In this document: positions 34,651 through 46,905 of the stretch, piece by piece
Layout: every line of letters begins with the position of its first letter
Numbering within the stretch: position 1 is the first letter of the stretch
DNA from: Halocafeteria seosinensis
Lineage: Eukaryota
Assembly: GCA_001687465.1 (NCBI GenBank)
Contig: LVLI01000612.1
Span: 1 to 50,203 of the forward strand
Length of the DNA stretch: 50,203 nt
Reading direction: 5' to 3'
Translations under genes and position numbers: made by a program
The notes under the pieces: generated by a model
The model's input: the letters and a program-made list of their open reading frames with translations, nothing else
Databases searched by the model: none
Told to the model about the DNA's origin: nothing

Positions 34651-37457
34651 TTACCGTCGAGAGTTTTCAATCTGCTTTTTCATATGGTTCAACGCAGAGC
34701 CTGCTTTGAACCATTCAATTTGCTCTTCGTTGAATGTATGGTTAACTTTCACGTCGAAAGATGCGTTTCCGTCAGCTGGGTGTACGCGGAGAGTAAGAGG
34801 CTGCCCCGGGCGGAAGTTGTCCTTCAGTCCCAAAATATCAAGGCGGTCATGCCCACTAATGCGATCATAGTCGGCAGGATTATCAAACGTAAGCGGCAAA
34901 AGACCTTGTTTCTTCAAGTTTGTTTCGTGAATACGAGCGAAGCTCTTTGTCACGACGGCTCTTCCACCCAAAAAGCGGGGTTCCAGAGCGGCGTGTTCAC
35001 GAGATGACCCTTCACCATAGTTGTTATCTCCTAAGACAACCCATTGAAGACCCTTGTCTTTGTAGTAGCGAGCCACTTCCGGCACTTTCTGCCATTCACC
35101 AGTCTCCAAGTTCTTGACGCTGTTGGTCTCATCGTTCTCGTGGTTCACTGCGCCGATCAACAGGTTGTTACTGATGTTTTCCAGATGTCCTCTGTACTTC
35201 AACCAAGGACCAGCCATGGAAATATGGTCCGTGGTGCACTTGCCCTTCGTCTTGATGAGGACTGGCATTCCAGTAAGATCATTGCCATCCCAAGCAGGGA
35301 ATGGGTCCAACAATTGGAGGCGGTTTGAGTCGGATTTTACATCGACTGACACTTGGGATCCATCTTCAGGAGGAGCTTGGAAGGTATTCTCGCCACTGTC
35401 GAAGCCCTTCGAAGGTAATTCATCTCCAAAGGGATCATCCAATGTAAAGCGTGTACCATCCGGAGCAACCAGTTCGTCTTTTCGTGGATCGAATTTGAGA
35501 TTTCCGGCAAGGGACAAAGCAGTCACAACTTCCGGAGAAGTGACGAAGGCATGTGTTTCCGGATTCCCGTCGTTGCGCTTCGCAAAGTTACGGTTGTAAG
35601 AAGTTACAATGGTATTCTTTTCTCCCATCTCAACGTCATGTCTGTTCCATTGACCGATGCAAGGACCGCATGCATTAGCCAAAACGGTCCCACCGGCCTG
35701 CTCAAAGACGTCAATCAACCCATCGCGCTCAATGGTGGCGCGGATCTGTTCAGAGCCCGGTGTGACATTGTAGGGAGTTTGGAACTTCAGCCCCTTCGAA
35801 GTGGCCTGTTTCACAATCGCGGCGCATCGAGCCATGTCTTCATAGCTGCTATTGGTGCAGCTTCCGATAAGCCCAACAGAGATGTCGACTGGCCAACCGT
35901 TCTTCTCAGCCTCCTGGCCTACCTTGCCAACAGGATTAGCAAGGTCAGGAGTGAAGGGGCCATTCAAATGAGGCTCCAACTCAGAGAGATTGATTTCGAT
36001 CACCTGGTCGTATTCAGCACCTTTATCGGCTTGAAGATTCTCTTTGTACGTGTCGGCAATGTTGGCAATCTTCTCGCGGTTAGTTGCTTTCAAGTAGTCA
36101 ACCATTCTCGTGTTGAAGGGGAAGGTAGAGCAGGTAGCTCCGATCTCCGCTCCCATGTTACATATTGTACCCATTCCTGTGCAACTAATGCTTTCGACGC
36201 CAGGTCCGAAGTACTCAATAATTGCACCAGTCCCACCAGAGACAGTCAGAATATCGGCCACTTTCAGGATAACATCTTTGGGGCTTGTCCATCCGCTTAA
36301 TTTTCCAGTGAGATTAACACCAATAATTTTCGGTGCTTTTACCTCCCAAGGAAGTCCAGCCATAACATCTACAGCGTCAGCACCACCAACCCCTACAGCA
36401 ACCATGCCGAGACCACCAGCATTAGGGGTATGAGAGTCGGTACCAATCATCAGCCCACCAGGGAAGGCATAGTTCTCAAGTACAATCTGGTGAATAATAC
36501 CAGACCCGGGTTTCCAGAATCCCATTCCGTATTTTGCCGCAGCGCTGGACAAGAAATCGTACACCTCCTTGTTTGTCACGTTAGCAGTCTGGAGATCCTC
36601 TTTGCCTCCCTTCTCAGCAGCAATCAGGTGATCGCAATGAATAGTTGTTGGAGCCTGCACCTTGGGAAGACCGGAAGAGATGAACTGAAGCACAGCCATC
36701 TGCGCTGTAGCATCTTGCATAGCTACCCTGTCCGGGTGCAATTTAGTGTATGTCACTCCTCGCTGGGGTATCTCCTCGGGATTTTGGAGATGCCCGTAGA
36801 CAATCTTCTCGGCATACGTTAGCGGCCTATTCACTTGTTTCCTTACGGTCTCCAGTTTACTGGCCATAGTTTCGTAGGCATTCTCGATGGATGGACTTCC
36901 CGGGGGGTCATAGGCGCTCATAGGGGTTTTGCCATCAGCTGCCGTGGCAAAGCGACTGCAACAGCAAGGAGCGTCGTCAACAGTGAACCCTCCTATGGCT
37001 GAATAAACGCTTTGAAAGAGACTTACCGAGCTGTATGGAGCCGACCACCAACCTGGAGGCCCTTCTGCAGTAAAAATAAACCATAATACACAAGTGAACG
37101 CGTGCCGATAGCAAATGCTTGAAGATGATGTGTTATAAGGCGTAGGATACAATCATTCACACTACCCGACAGTGAGCCTGAGGCTCCTGAGAGCTCGTAT
37201 ATATCTCATACAGCCTTGTGAATTCCACTGAAGCCATAATATGTTCCACGGACACTCTTAGAGGGTTTTCCATAGGGGACAAAAAAGGTCGGGGGGGAAG
37301 TCAAGATGTTCTCCGCCCACGCAGTCATACTATGGTCCGCCATTGTTGACGTGTTGGTTGGCATGGAATTAGTCATAAGAACGAACGAGTGTGTACATAT
37401 GAGAAACAAGGTTCGAGAACTTACGCGACGCAAATGCTGATGAGCTTGGCGCAGCAT
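34651..37457 (-). CDS. ACO2: Mitochondrial aconitate hydratase; presequence on two small 5' exons (37457-37425, 37064-37027)
   Basis: [89 protein letters not shown]. Spliced N-terminus [30 protein letters not shown]. Confidence 0.97.
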
Positions 37458-37807
37458 GACTTCTGGTGGAGAATGGAGATAGAACGCACACACAATGGTC
37501 TCTACACTAAAACAACAAACGTGCTCCGACACAATACATGTGTCAAACGAGACATGAACACCCTGAACCAACCAAAATGATGCTGTACAATTAACACAAT
37601 GACTGTCGGTTGCTCGGCCGGGCCTCAAGCCCGGGTCCGGACAAAACGAAAAAACATTACCGGGCGGGTACTCTCTTCAGAAGTGAGTATGTGAGGTGTT
37701 GCATGCTAGTGCATTCCGCAGTTTTTGAGCGTTTAAAAGTAAGTAGATACAGTATGTGATAGCCGATACAGGAATATAGATGCTAACCATAGAACCTGGA
37801 ATGCGTG

Positions 37808-40800
37808 CTACGCTGCCGTGTATGAGGGATTTTTCACAGTTCTAGACGCTGTCTCCTGCTTTACAGCACTAGGTAGCTCAGTTGCCACTTCCTCCTGATC
37901 ATCACGTCGAGATCGTCGTTTCATGCCTACGACAACAATCGCCACAATTACCCCGATACCCGCTATACCGCCAACAGCGGCTCCAGCAATGGTGGCTGTG
38001 GAGGTACCGCCTCCTGAAGACGAACCTGAGGATCCACCACCAGGACCAGAGCTAGGCTCTGGATTCGGACCCGGTGCCGCGCCCACAAGAAGGTCCACAG
38101 ACTGTACAAAGGCACTGTCGGAGTCTTCATCTGTGCTCCGTCCACTCAGCACAATCGAAAAAGTGCGATTCTCACGATCATCCTCCACTCCTAGCAAAGT
38201 TCTACGTTCGCTCTCCGTTGGCAAGGCTGCCGCTCCTTTGACACTCACAAGGTCTACAGGAGCAGGCGAGCTGATCCAAACACTGCTTATGTTCGCTTGT
38301 GACAATTCATGTACCGCTGGTATATCCAAAATCCTTGTAAACGATGCAACATTTTTTCCGCGCTTATCCTCGCCATAGACGACGATGAAATCATCCTCCA
38401 TCCATGCCGCACTGATAACACTACTGAGCATTTCTGTGGCGAAGTCGAAGGGCCTGGAGCACTCAAGTGTGCCACCGTTTGATGCCTTCCCGCAAATTGT
38501 TGAGTTCTTTGCCAGACCATCCATTTCTAGGTTCACTGTATCAAAGATCAAAATAAGATTCTTATCAGGAGAGGAGGCAAAGATAGGCTCTTCGTAAGCA
38601 AGTTCCATTTGAATTTGCCCGTCTTCAGAAGTGATCCCCTGCGACCACACTTCCTCAGGCACAGATAAAATTGTGGTCGTTTCGCCTTCTGGACAGCTCC
38701 ATGAAACGACTAGGAAAGGATTCTGGTTAGAATCTTGGCCAAACAACTTCAGTCCAGAATGCAACGAGCATGCATCGGACCGACCCTCGACTGAGGTTGG
38801 TGCACGCTGAAGCGACTCAAAATTCTTTGACACTAACAACAAGCCTTCTTCACGGGAAGCAATTCCCGCAACATACGTGTCCTTGCTATCAGTCCCCCTT
38901 TCCAAGGTGACACCATCTACACTCTCACCGACGGTGTTGCTGTCGTCTTCGCAAGTCCCGCCCACACATTCTATTGTTTTCTGACGTTCTCCACACTGCA
39001 CCGACTGTTCGGCGGGGGTCAACAGCATGAGCTCATTGCTGGCGATCCCAAGCAGAATAAACGGCGCGGAATCGCCCTTTATCCCATTGGGGAAGTGGCT
39101 CAGCGTACCAAAGGAAGGATTCTGAATAGTGGGTGGGAGGTCACAGGTATCTGCCGGCTCAATTTTATTGGCAGTTACTTTTCCTTTTTCCGTGTTCCGA
39201 CCGGGGACGCTCGTAGGAGTAACTGTGGGCGTTGGAGTGCGGGAAGCGGAGGGCCTTACACTAGGAGTCGCCGTGGTCGGCTCCGCGCTTGGCGTGCCAC
39301 TGGGAGTAACATCAGGAGTCCCTGAGGGAGCCGGTAAGTCTGAAGCAGAAAAGAGCACTAACAGACACACTATCGGCATGAATCGAGATCCTGAATACTT
39401 ACCTCGGATAACAGAATCTCCCTGTGTTTGTGACGGAATAGCCGGTGGGGCGAGGCAGTCTTCATCTAACACTCCGATGCCTTCATTCCAGCCGTAATAA
39501 TGTGGATTTAACCAAAGGAAATCATTCTTTTCAATTCCATAGCCAGTATCGTAGCTGAAACTAACACAATACCAATTCTTCTTATCATTCTTATCATCGA
39601 CAGGATCTGGGTTAACCACGAAACTGCGTGGGAGACATATATGTTAGACTATGTAGCATTTGATTGGGACAGGGAAAAAAAAATTGAGGTAACCCCACTT
39701 ACTTGAGAGTAGCCATATCGCAATATGTGTTGTGCCGGTAGTTCCTGCAAAACTCGAAGTCCGAGTCCTTTTCGGAGGGAGGGTAATAAAAGTTGAAAGT
39801 GGCTCGAGTCCCATCTTGCAAGAAGAAAAACCGTTTCCTGAAGCGTCAACACATAGGGTAGAAAACCATGGTGGTAGACCCAATTAAAAAAGCATGTTTT
39901 ACGGGATTGGTAGAGACTAGATAGGTACTTACTGCACTTCCCCAGGGAGCCGTTGACACATTCCCTCTTGAAGAGTGACCAGGTCATCCACTGAGCTGCA
40001 CGATGCGGCCAAGATACCGCTTGTACCATCAGGGGAGATAGCGAATGCCCTTTCTTCTGCCAGTAGGCCGTATGAAGTGGTGTACTCAAAATGCACACAT
40101 AGATTGTTGTCGGAGATTGTAGACAAGTTCCTGCAAGGAAAAACAAAGACACAATCGCAACCTGTGTTCGGCCGCGCTCAGGGTAAGTTTCAGCACATAC
40201 TTTAGCACGGTATGGTTGCAGTGACCGTTCGAAAGGCAGAACTCAAACATGTCTTCGTCGAGGGAATCTCGTCCAGGATGGCCTGTTAGATGCAGTGAAC
40301 CGCAAGCACCATCTCCTTGATAAAACCTTCTCTCCTTTCTGCACGGTAGCAATTGTCAATACAGTAAATACATCTTGTCACTACACTACCACATTACTGC
40401 ACCATGTTTTTACTGCGCAACTTCTGGTAGAACAGGACATATCCCTTCTGCAACGTGGATGGTATGCAGAATATATGGATAATTTGCATGACAAATAGAA
40501 GTTGTTGACGACCAAGGACATATATTCCTGCAAGATAGCTCGCCTCGGTTGGAGGAGCACCAGAACAATCCGAACGACCGTGCTACAATACAGTAAGTGG
40601 TTAGAATAGTTTTGACTGTTTTCATTTGTTTATGGTCTTCCCGCAACCGGCAAGCAGAAAGTCTGAAGAGACCGGATCATGGTTTTGCGTAGAATTTTCG
40701 GTTCCCGATTCTATACCCGGAGAGCCCTCTACTCGTGGTCTATGGATGCGAGCCGACGGTTCACATGCCGCTTTTGCGTGCGTCGTTATGCTCTTCCTCC

Positions 40801-42243
40801 GAGTAACGAGGGGCTGTGCAGTGTCGCCGCCCACCTACGCCTCGACAGTACACGAAATTGTCGTATTCATTTACTTGGTTCTGGGTGTACAGAGGCCCTG
40901 TAAGGTTGACGGAGGCACATGTACCATTCTCTTTACTCCAAAATAGATGCTCCTTGCTGCGTTTAAGAAATTACTATATGTGCCTATATACCCAGTACAC
41001 GTGACCATACGGGATAACATACCGAAGTGGAGCAGGAAGAACATGACACATCCCATCGGCGTTTCCTGCACCCACGCAGGGTCGCCCTACCGGTATGGAG
41101 GTACTAATGACTCAGCGAAGGCGATGCCAAACATACCTAGGGGGGTTAGAGTGTCGCTGATACGGAAGTCAAGGAGTGACTTGCCATCACAATCAGAGGA
41201 CAGAACAGCTTTCGATGCATCGCTGTTTACCCATAGATGATTATTGTCATCCTGTACCAAATCACTTGAGTACTTTATGCAATACCAGTCGTCGGAAACC
41301 ATTCTGTTGCACGGAACGATGAATTAACTTTAGTAAAGTTCGAGTAGCGAACGACGTAAAGAAAATTCCAACTCACTGGATAGTTTCGACGGTTGCACTT
41401 AGGTCACAGGCACGTGCGGCCTCGCCATCATCTCTGAGCCCGCCGTACTGACAATACTCAAAGGGGCTGTAAAGGACCCTGGAAGCTGTCGAGCCCCAGC
41501 CGGGGGGTTGCCCGTAAAATTGAACGAACGGCAATTCCCGTCAAAATCGTTGAACTTTATATAAGTCCTGAAAAACTCCCGCAACATTCGCACAAAGTGG
41601 AGATCCGGCGCGTAAACCAAAGCATCCCGCTACTTACTGAGCAGCTGAGGGTAATCCCGGGCATCGATTAGCTGCGTACAGGTTGTACAAGAACGAAAGC
41701 GTCTATACTGCTAAACATGAGGCTTGGTTCCTATTTGCTTACCTTTTAGGTTCTCGAACTCGTGAGGCACATCGATGACTGCCTCACAACCCATACTATT
41801 GGTTGCGGCCTGCACATTTGACCCGTCATCCTTGAGCCAAAGGAACATGTCTTCCTCGTCTTGTCCCCATGTAAAGTGTGTACAATATAGAACGAAATCG
41901 CCACTAGTGTTCGTGATTTTGTGGATGTCCCTGTTCGTTTGTTTGTTTGTTTCCACATTCATCAAAGTATGCGCATCTTTCACTCTCCACTCTGACACTA
42001 ATATCACTTACTTAACGTCCGCGGGGAGACATTTACTTTGAGTTTCGTTTGTGTCGCGGCAGTACCGGAAACTAGCCGTGGGAAAGATCGCAACGGAGAA
42101 GTCAAATGAATGGCAGTTACCGCCTTGAGTGAAATGCTCTTCCTCCCTGTCTAATGAGGCAAACCAGAGATCATTCATATACTTGGCTACTCATGGAAAC
42201 GAATGTACTTACGTGACAGGTAGGGTTGGACACATTTCACCGG
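37808..42243 (-). pseudogene. Lesioned inverted duplicate (or chimeric 3' half) of a type I membrane repeat protein: 5 repeat domains, Pro/Thr stalk, ~400-aa domain, TM helix, NPxY tail
   Basis: Exons can be traced from AGEMCPTLPVT (42243) to VKNPSYTAA* (37808). There is a 1-nt deletion at about 41495 relative to the plus-strand copy and an internal inversion at 40579-40781. The last exon (about 39338-37808) is intact, with TM IAGAAVGGIAGIGVIVAIVVVGM-KRRSRR. Confidence 0.7.
40573..40787 (+). other. Micro-inversion inside the minus-strand repeat gene copy
   Basis: The plus strand carries an exon end (RATIQ|GTAAGT), an intron and the family exon KSEETGSWFCVEF..GLWMRADGSHAAF, bounded by AACGAC (40573-78) and GTCGTT (40782-87). 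The flanks read on the minus strand. Confidence 0.85.
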
Positions 42244-42273
42244 CTGTGAGACGGCAGGTCGAAACCAAATGAT
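41194..42273 (-). repeat. Left arm of long inverted repeat (partner 49126-50203, which runs off the window)
   Basis: Its reverse complement matches 49126-50203 through exons and introns. About two dozen differences in ~1080 nt, counted by eye. Confidence 0.97.
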
Positions 42274-42469
42274 CGTTGACAGCACAATACATGTACGGCT
42301 TTGTCAGGACACCGAAATCACTGTGCCATTGCGGAATCGTCCATACAAAGGTTACGGAATAGTTGCGAAAGTCGATGTGCATTGTAGTCGTTTCGGGGAT
42401 ACACAGCAGACAATGTACTACCTAAATGATACAGAAAAGTACCTGCTCCACACAGAAGTAGCCACTGGT

Positions 42470-45400
42470 TTAGTTCGAACTTGGTGAGAACGGATGGACG
42501 CTGGGATATTGTTGGCACATTCCCTCTGTCACGGTATTCAAGGAGCAAGTGATTTGTTAAGAATTTTCGATGGATGTGGGTTAATCCGCAAGCGATTACT
42601 TACCTCGTAACACGTGTGTTCCATCAGCAGGAATGCTACTGCCGGGATCAGGATGGCTGCCATCACAATTTTTAACGACTTCTCCATAACCGACGTTCCA
42701 GTCGTAGAAATGAGGGTTGAACCAGATGTAACGATACGAATCTATTCCGTATTCATCAGTGTAGCTGAGTGTTACACAGTACCAATTCTGTTTGCCTTCG
42801 TCCGGGTTAATCACATGCCTGCAAAGGTTACCTCCTTCTATAAACACTGCATTCGTAACGGAGATCAATTTAATCAACACGTACAACAACTTCACGGTAG
42901 AGGCACACCAGTTATTGTGCCTCACATCCTCGCAGTAAGTAAGTGACTCCGGATTCTGCTCATTCGGAGGTTGGTCAAATCCGAACGATATGCAAGTCCC
43001 GGCTTGCCAAAACGATAATTTGTCTCTGAGTTTGCATAAATGTATGCGTGAAGCATGTATGTGATGCTACCGAATCATATACAGAGATGGACATACTGTA
43101 ATTCACCCGGAAGACGTTCAACCATTCCTTGTCCGAAGGAGTTCGAGGCACTGCCGCCGGTGAAGTCGCACTTGTCTACCAGAGTGGCAGAGTCACTGTT
43201 GACCCATACTCCGCGGTGCATACTCATTAGTCCATAGGTAGTGGTGTAATCGAAATCGATGCATACATCACTGTTTAATGCATCGCTTATGTTGCTGCAA
43301 AACCAAGTGCAAATGATTGAATGTGGAAAAAAAGGTGTATGGTCAAATCCGAAGTAGTCACCATTCCCTTACGTGACAGTTGCATGGAAACAGTGCCCAT
43401 TATGAGTGCAATATTCGAAGTCATCCGGGCTCCCCCCGAGTCGCCCCGGATGCTCACTGAAATCTACGGAAAGGTATTTACTGTCTCCTTGGCTCCAGCG
43501 GATTTCCTTCCTGCGAAAGAATTGCGCCTCAGATGTTCCGAATCACGCCATTGACACGCAAATTTCAATAACTGACGTACCGAGCGTCATCGGGAATGAC
43601 CCGGCATTCAGCCTCTGGGACAACAATCAATATTACGCAAAGATCAGCTTTATTACGGTCGTCTTCTGACACTGAACGGTATCCTTACCAGCTACATAGT
43701 TGGCGTAACTCTCTGGGGGATTATTTGGTGCAGAGCAGTCATTGCCGTGGAAAAACGCGGCCCGACCGTTATTATTGTTATCGCTATCACCCGCATGCAT
43801 CCAAAGACCTACTGTGTTTGTATCAGCGTTGTCAAAGTGGTAAATGTATTGGACGCAATACCAATCATTTCCCATGGAGCTCCTCATGGCATTGAACGCC
43901 CTGCACGGGCGTAGCGTCACACAGTCACTCACTTAGAGACTACAAGAAGTTAGGATGCGCACCGTGCACATACTCGATACTAGAAGAGTGTTCGGGAACG
44001 TTACCGACACCATTAGATTGTGCTACAGAGCGATGCACTTTGGAAGTGCACTGTCGGCGCCCACCAGTGCCTTGGCAGAATTTAAACAAATCGGCATCAT
44101 CTCTGTATTCGCTCATTGGTTCCTGGTTCCCTGTAATAGCTTCAGCGAAAGTTGAGATGAATGGATCGAACATAAATGATCGGCAGTCATCATTGCTACC
44201 GTCTGGTAACGATCCCCAAAAACGGAATGTCGAGCTGCGTGCAGGCCAGCAATATCAAGAACGATGGAACACACCCCAAGAGCAGAGTCACTTACCCTGT
44301 TAGTCCCTCCGGCAGTGCATGACATACTGCAGAAGATAACACACACCCATACATCGTAGCATTTGATGTGATTGCATGCAACATCGATGATCACAAATAC
44401 AACGTACACCCCTGTGATGTTTTAAGATCACTTTGGCGGAAACCTAGAACGGTTTCATCTTCACAATCCGATGAAAGCACAGCCTTAGAACCATCAGCGC
44501 TGAGCCAAAGGTGGTCTTTTTCCCCTATTGCATCGGTATTGATCTTCAGGCAATACCAGTTAGCATTAGGGGCGAAAATATGACTGCAGTATGCGTATAA
44601 TTGGGAAGTCATCCAGCACTCAAGGATAATGAATCCTTGGTTTGACGTACTCGATGTTAGCATAGGTATCACAAACACGGCTCGTCGGACCACCGTGCAT
44701 GTCTGCCCAATTTTCTGCGCCCTCCCCGCAATAACGAAAGGTGCTGTACATTTGCCTGCCGTTAGTATCCCCCCCAGTCGGGTCGGCAGTAAAATTGAAT
44801 GATTGACAATGCCCGTTGAAGTCCAAGAATTTCAGGTTGTTTCTGCAGACAACGAGGAAGAGGACATAGTCATCTGCGAAACGCACAGTGGCGCAAGCTT
44901 GTTCTCACAAACCCACATTAACGAATTCGGGAGACCTTCACATCTTCCGTCTGCACAGTGGGCACATGAATTCGCTGTCCAACCAAAGTGATAAGTTACT
45001 GCTATACAGATACATACCGGAGATCTCCTCGAAGCTTCCCGGTATATTATCGCAATTGTCGTCCAGTGTCGCGCCATCTTTCTTGACCCACATGTATTGG
45101 TTGTCACCGTGCCTATCTTGGAACTTAACACAGAAATTATCAACGTCATCGGAATCCACCTTTATTGTCATCTCTCTGTACCAACGTAAATTGACATATT
45201 CGACAACACAAGCGGTGCAAAACCAACTCTCGCGCGCAGTATACTCACGTTATGGCTGTTGCCGTGCATTCAGCCAGTAGAGTATCATTTCCGAAGCACC
45301 ATTGGAATCCAGCAGTGTTTTCGTGTACACCCATCTCTTCTAAGAAGCCAAACGAATTGCACTGTTTCCCGTCTCCGCCGGGTTGAAAATGCTGAATTTT

Positions 45401-46905
45401 GTCACTGAGGGACCAGCAAGGCAAGGACACGTGTTTCGCTCGTATGAGCCTCATATGAAAGCCATGCGAACACAACTTACAATTTAAGGCTGGGGCACGC
45501 CTTATCTGCGCATACGTATACAGGTGCATGTATATGTGTGAAGAGCTGGCCATAAGTGTCAGTGCGATGTGTTGTACTCACCCTTGATGTCGTAAGTATT
45601 CGTCGGTAGGTTGCCAGAACTACATAAATCTGAACTGCTCACTGCGGCCTTTGTCCCATCCTCTTGTAACCAGAGATATTGCTTGTTCTCGCCATCTACC
45701 AAATCAACGCAGGTCCAGTTCTTGTTATCGGCTTCAATGCGCGAACGGATCGACCTGAAGCAATTGTCCGATTATGCCCAGACGGGACTGTAAACATAAT
45801 CCGATAAATACGTACTGAACCACAGCACCACTTCTGGTATGACATGTCTTATCCCCAGCATCACAGTATGGGTCGACGGAGTCTCCTTCCTTCGGCTGTC
45901 CGCCAAAGTTGATGCGGAAACACTTGTCATCGTCATTAGATTCAATAAAACGGAAACGACTGCAACAGAAGGCGGCAAAGTGTAAGCACAGAGAACTGGA
46001 GCAGTCTGCTTCATCCATTGGTCATAGAGTATACATACCTCGTGAATTGGGACGGAATCTCTCCGCACATGTAGGCTGCAGGCGGATGAAGCTATCAAAA
46101 ATAGTGCATTTGTAGGCATTGCGACTTCGCCACGGAACAAACTTACGTGAAGTATCTGCCTGATACATGGACAACGGAGGATCCCCGTCACAATCGGATG
46201 CTTTCAGGGCCTTGGTCCCGTCGTTTCTCACCCACAGGTACTTGGATGACTGATCCTGGCTCCAAGTAAAGCCGATACAAAAGAAATCATCCTTATTGGT
46301 GCTCACAGAGCTGGGCGTATGGATACGTCACACGTCAACAAGAGCAACCTTGCAAATAAGGTAAGGTACGTACTTGATCCATGCAGCACCGCACTTCAAG
46401 GCAGAGTCCCCACTTCCCCCAATTTCTCCTTGGCAGAATTCGAAGTGATCATCTTCGCCAAGGTCGCTCTGGGTAAAATCGAATGAGTTACACTGATCTC
46501 CCGGGCGCTCGTTGTAAAATTCTCTTTGTATGAAGCGGCGCTTTTGTCTGCATGTATGCACGAAGTCCATGTGTATAGAGGGAACAACTCCCAAGCTAAA
46601 CCTAACGACCGTTCGTCGGTCCGGCTCCCTTGGAGGTCCCTGCGTTCGCTCCCCATCATGTTTTTGTTGCCCCTACAGGGGGGGAAGGGAGGGCAGGGAA
46701 AACACCAACACTGTCTAGACAGTGGGCAATTGGTAAAGGTACATGGCTATCGCAAACATATGATTTCCACTGGACGCTTCGTCCAATGCAACAGATGTTG
46801 GGAAAGGGACGCGAAAAAGTGTACTTACGAGAATGGAAGCGCTTGAGCGGCTTGGGAGCACAGAAGCGCTCCGAGGAGCAAGGAAATACCACCCAATGTT
46901 CGCAT
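42470..46905 (-). CDS. Signal-peptide protein with 7 tandem copies of an unrecognised Cys/Trp-containing domain (gene A), about 21 exons
   Basis: Exon 1 (46905-46829) encodes MRTLGGISLLLGALLCSQAAQALPFS. Exons for domains 1-7 splice in frame with GT-AG and consistent phases. The 3' end is uncertain: the next exon reads EGMCQQYPSVHPFSPSSN* (stop 42472-42470), or splicing may continue to 42243. Confidence 0.8.

Noticed and set aside
34684..36822. Several long plus-strand ORFs antisense to aconitase
   Set aside because: Shadow ORFs expected from the codon bias of a conserved gene, with no recognisable protein features.
37215..37245. CAGTG loop in the aconitase intron as a possible iron-responsive element; nearby CTGAGA as a possible TPP riboswitch
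   Set aside because: The upper stem does not pair (GGCTT/AATTC) and the site is intronic. The remaining TPP aptamer motifs are absent, and CTGAGA is on the non-coding strand.
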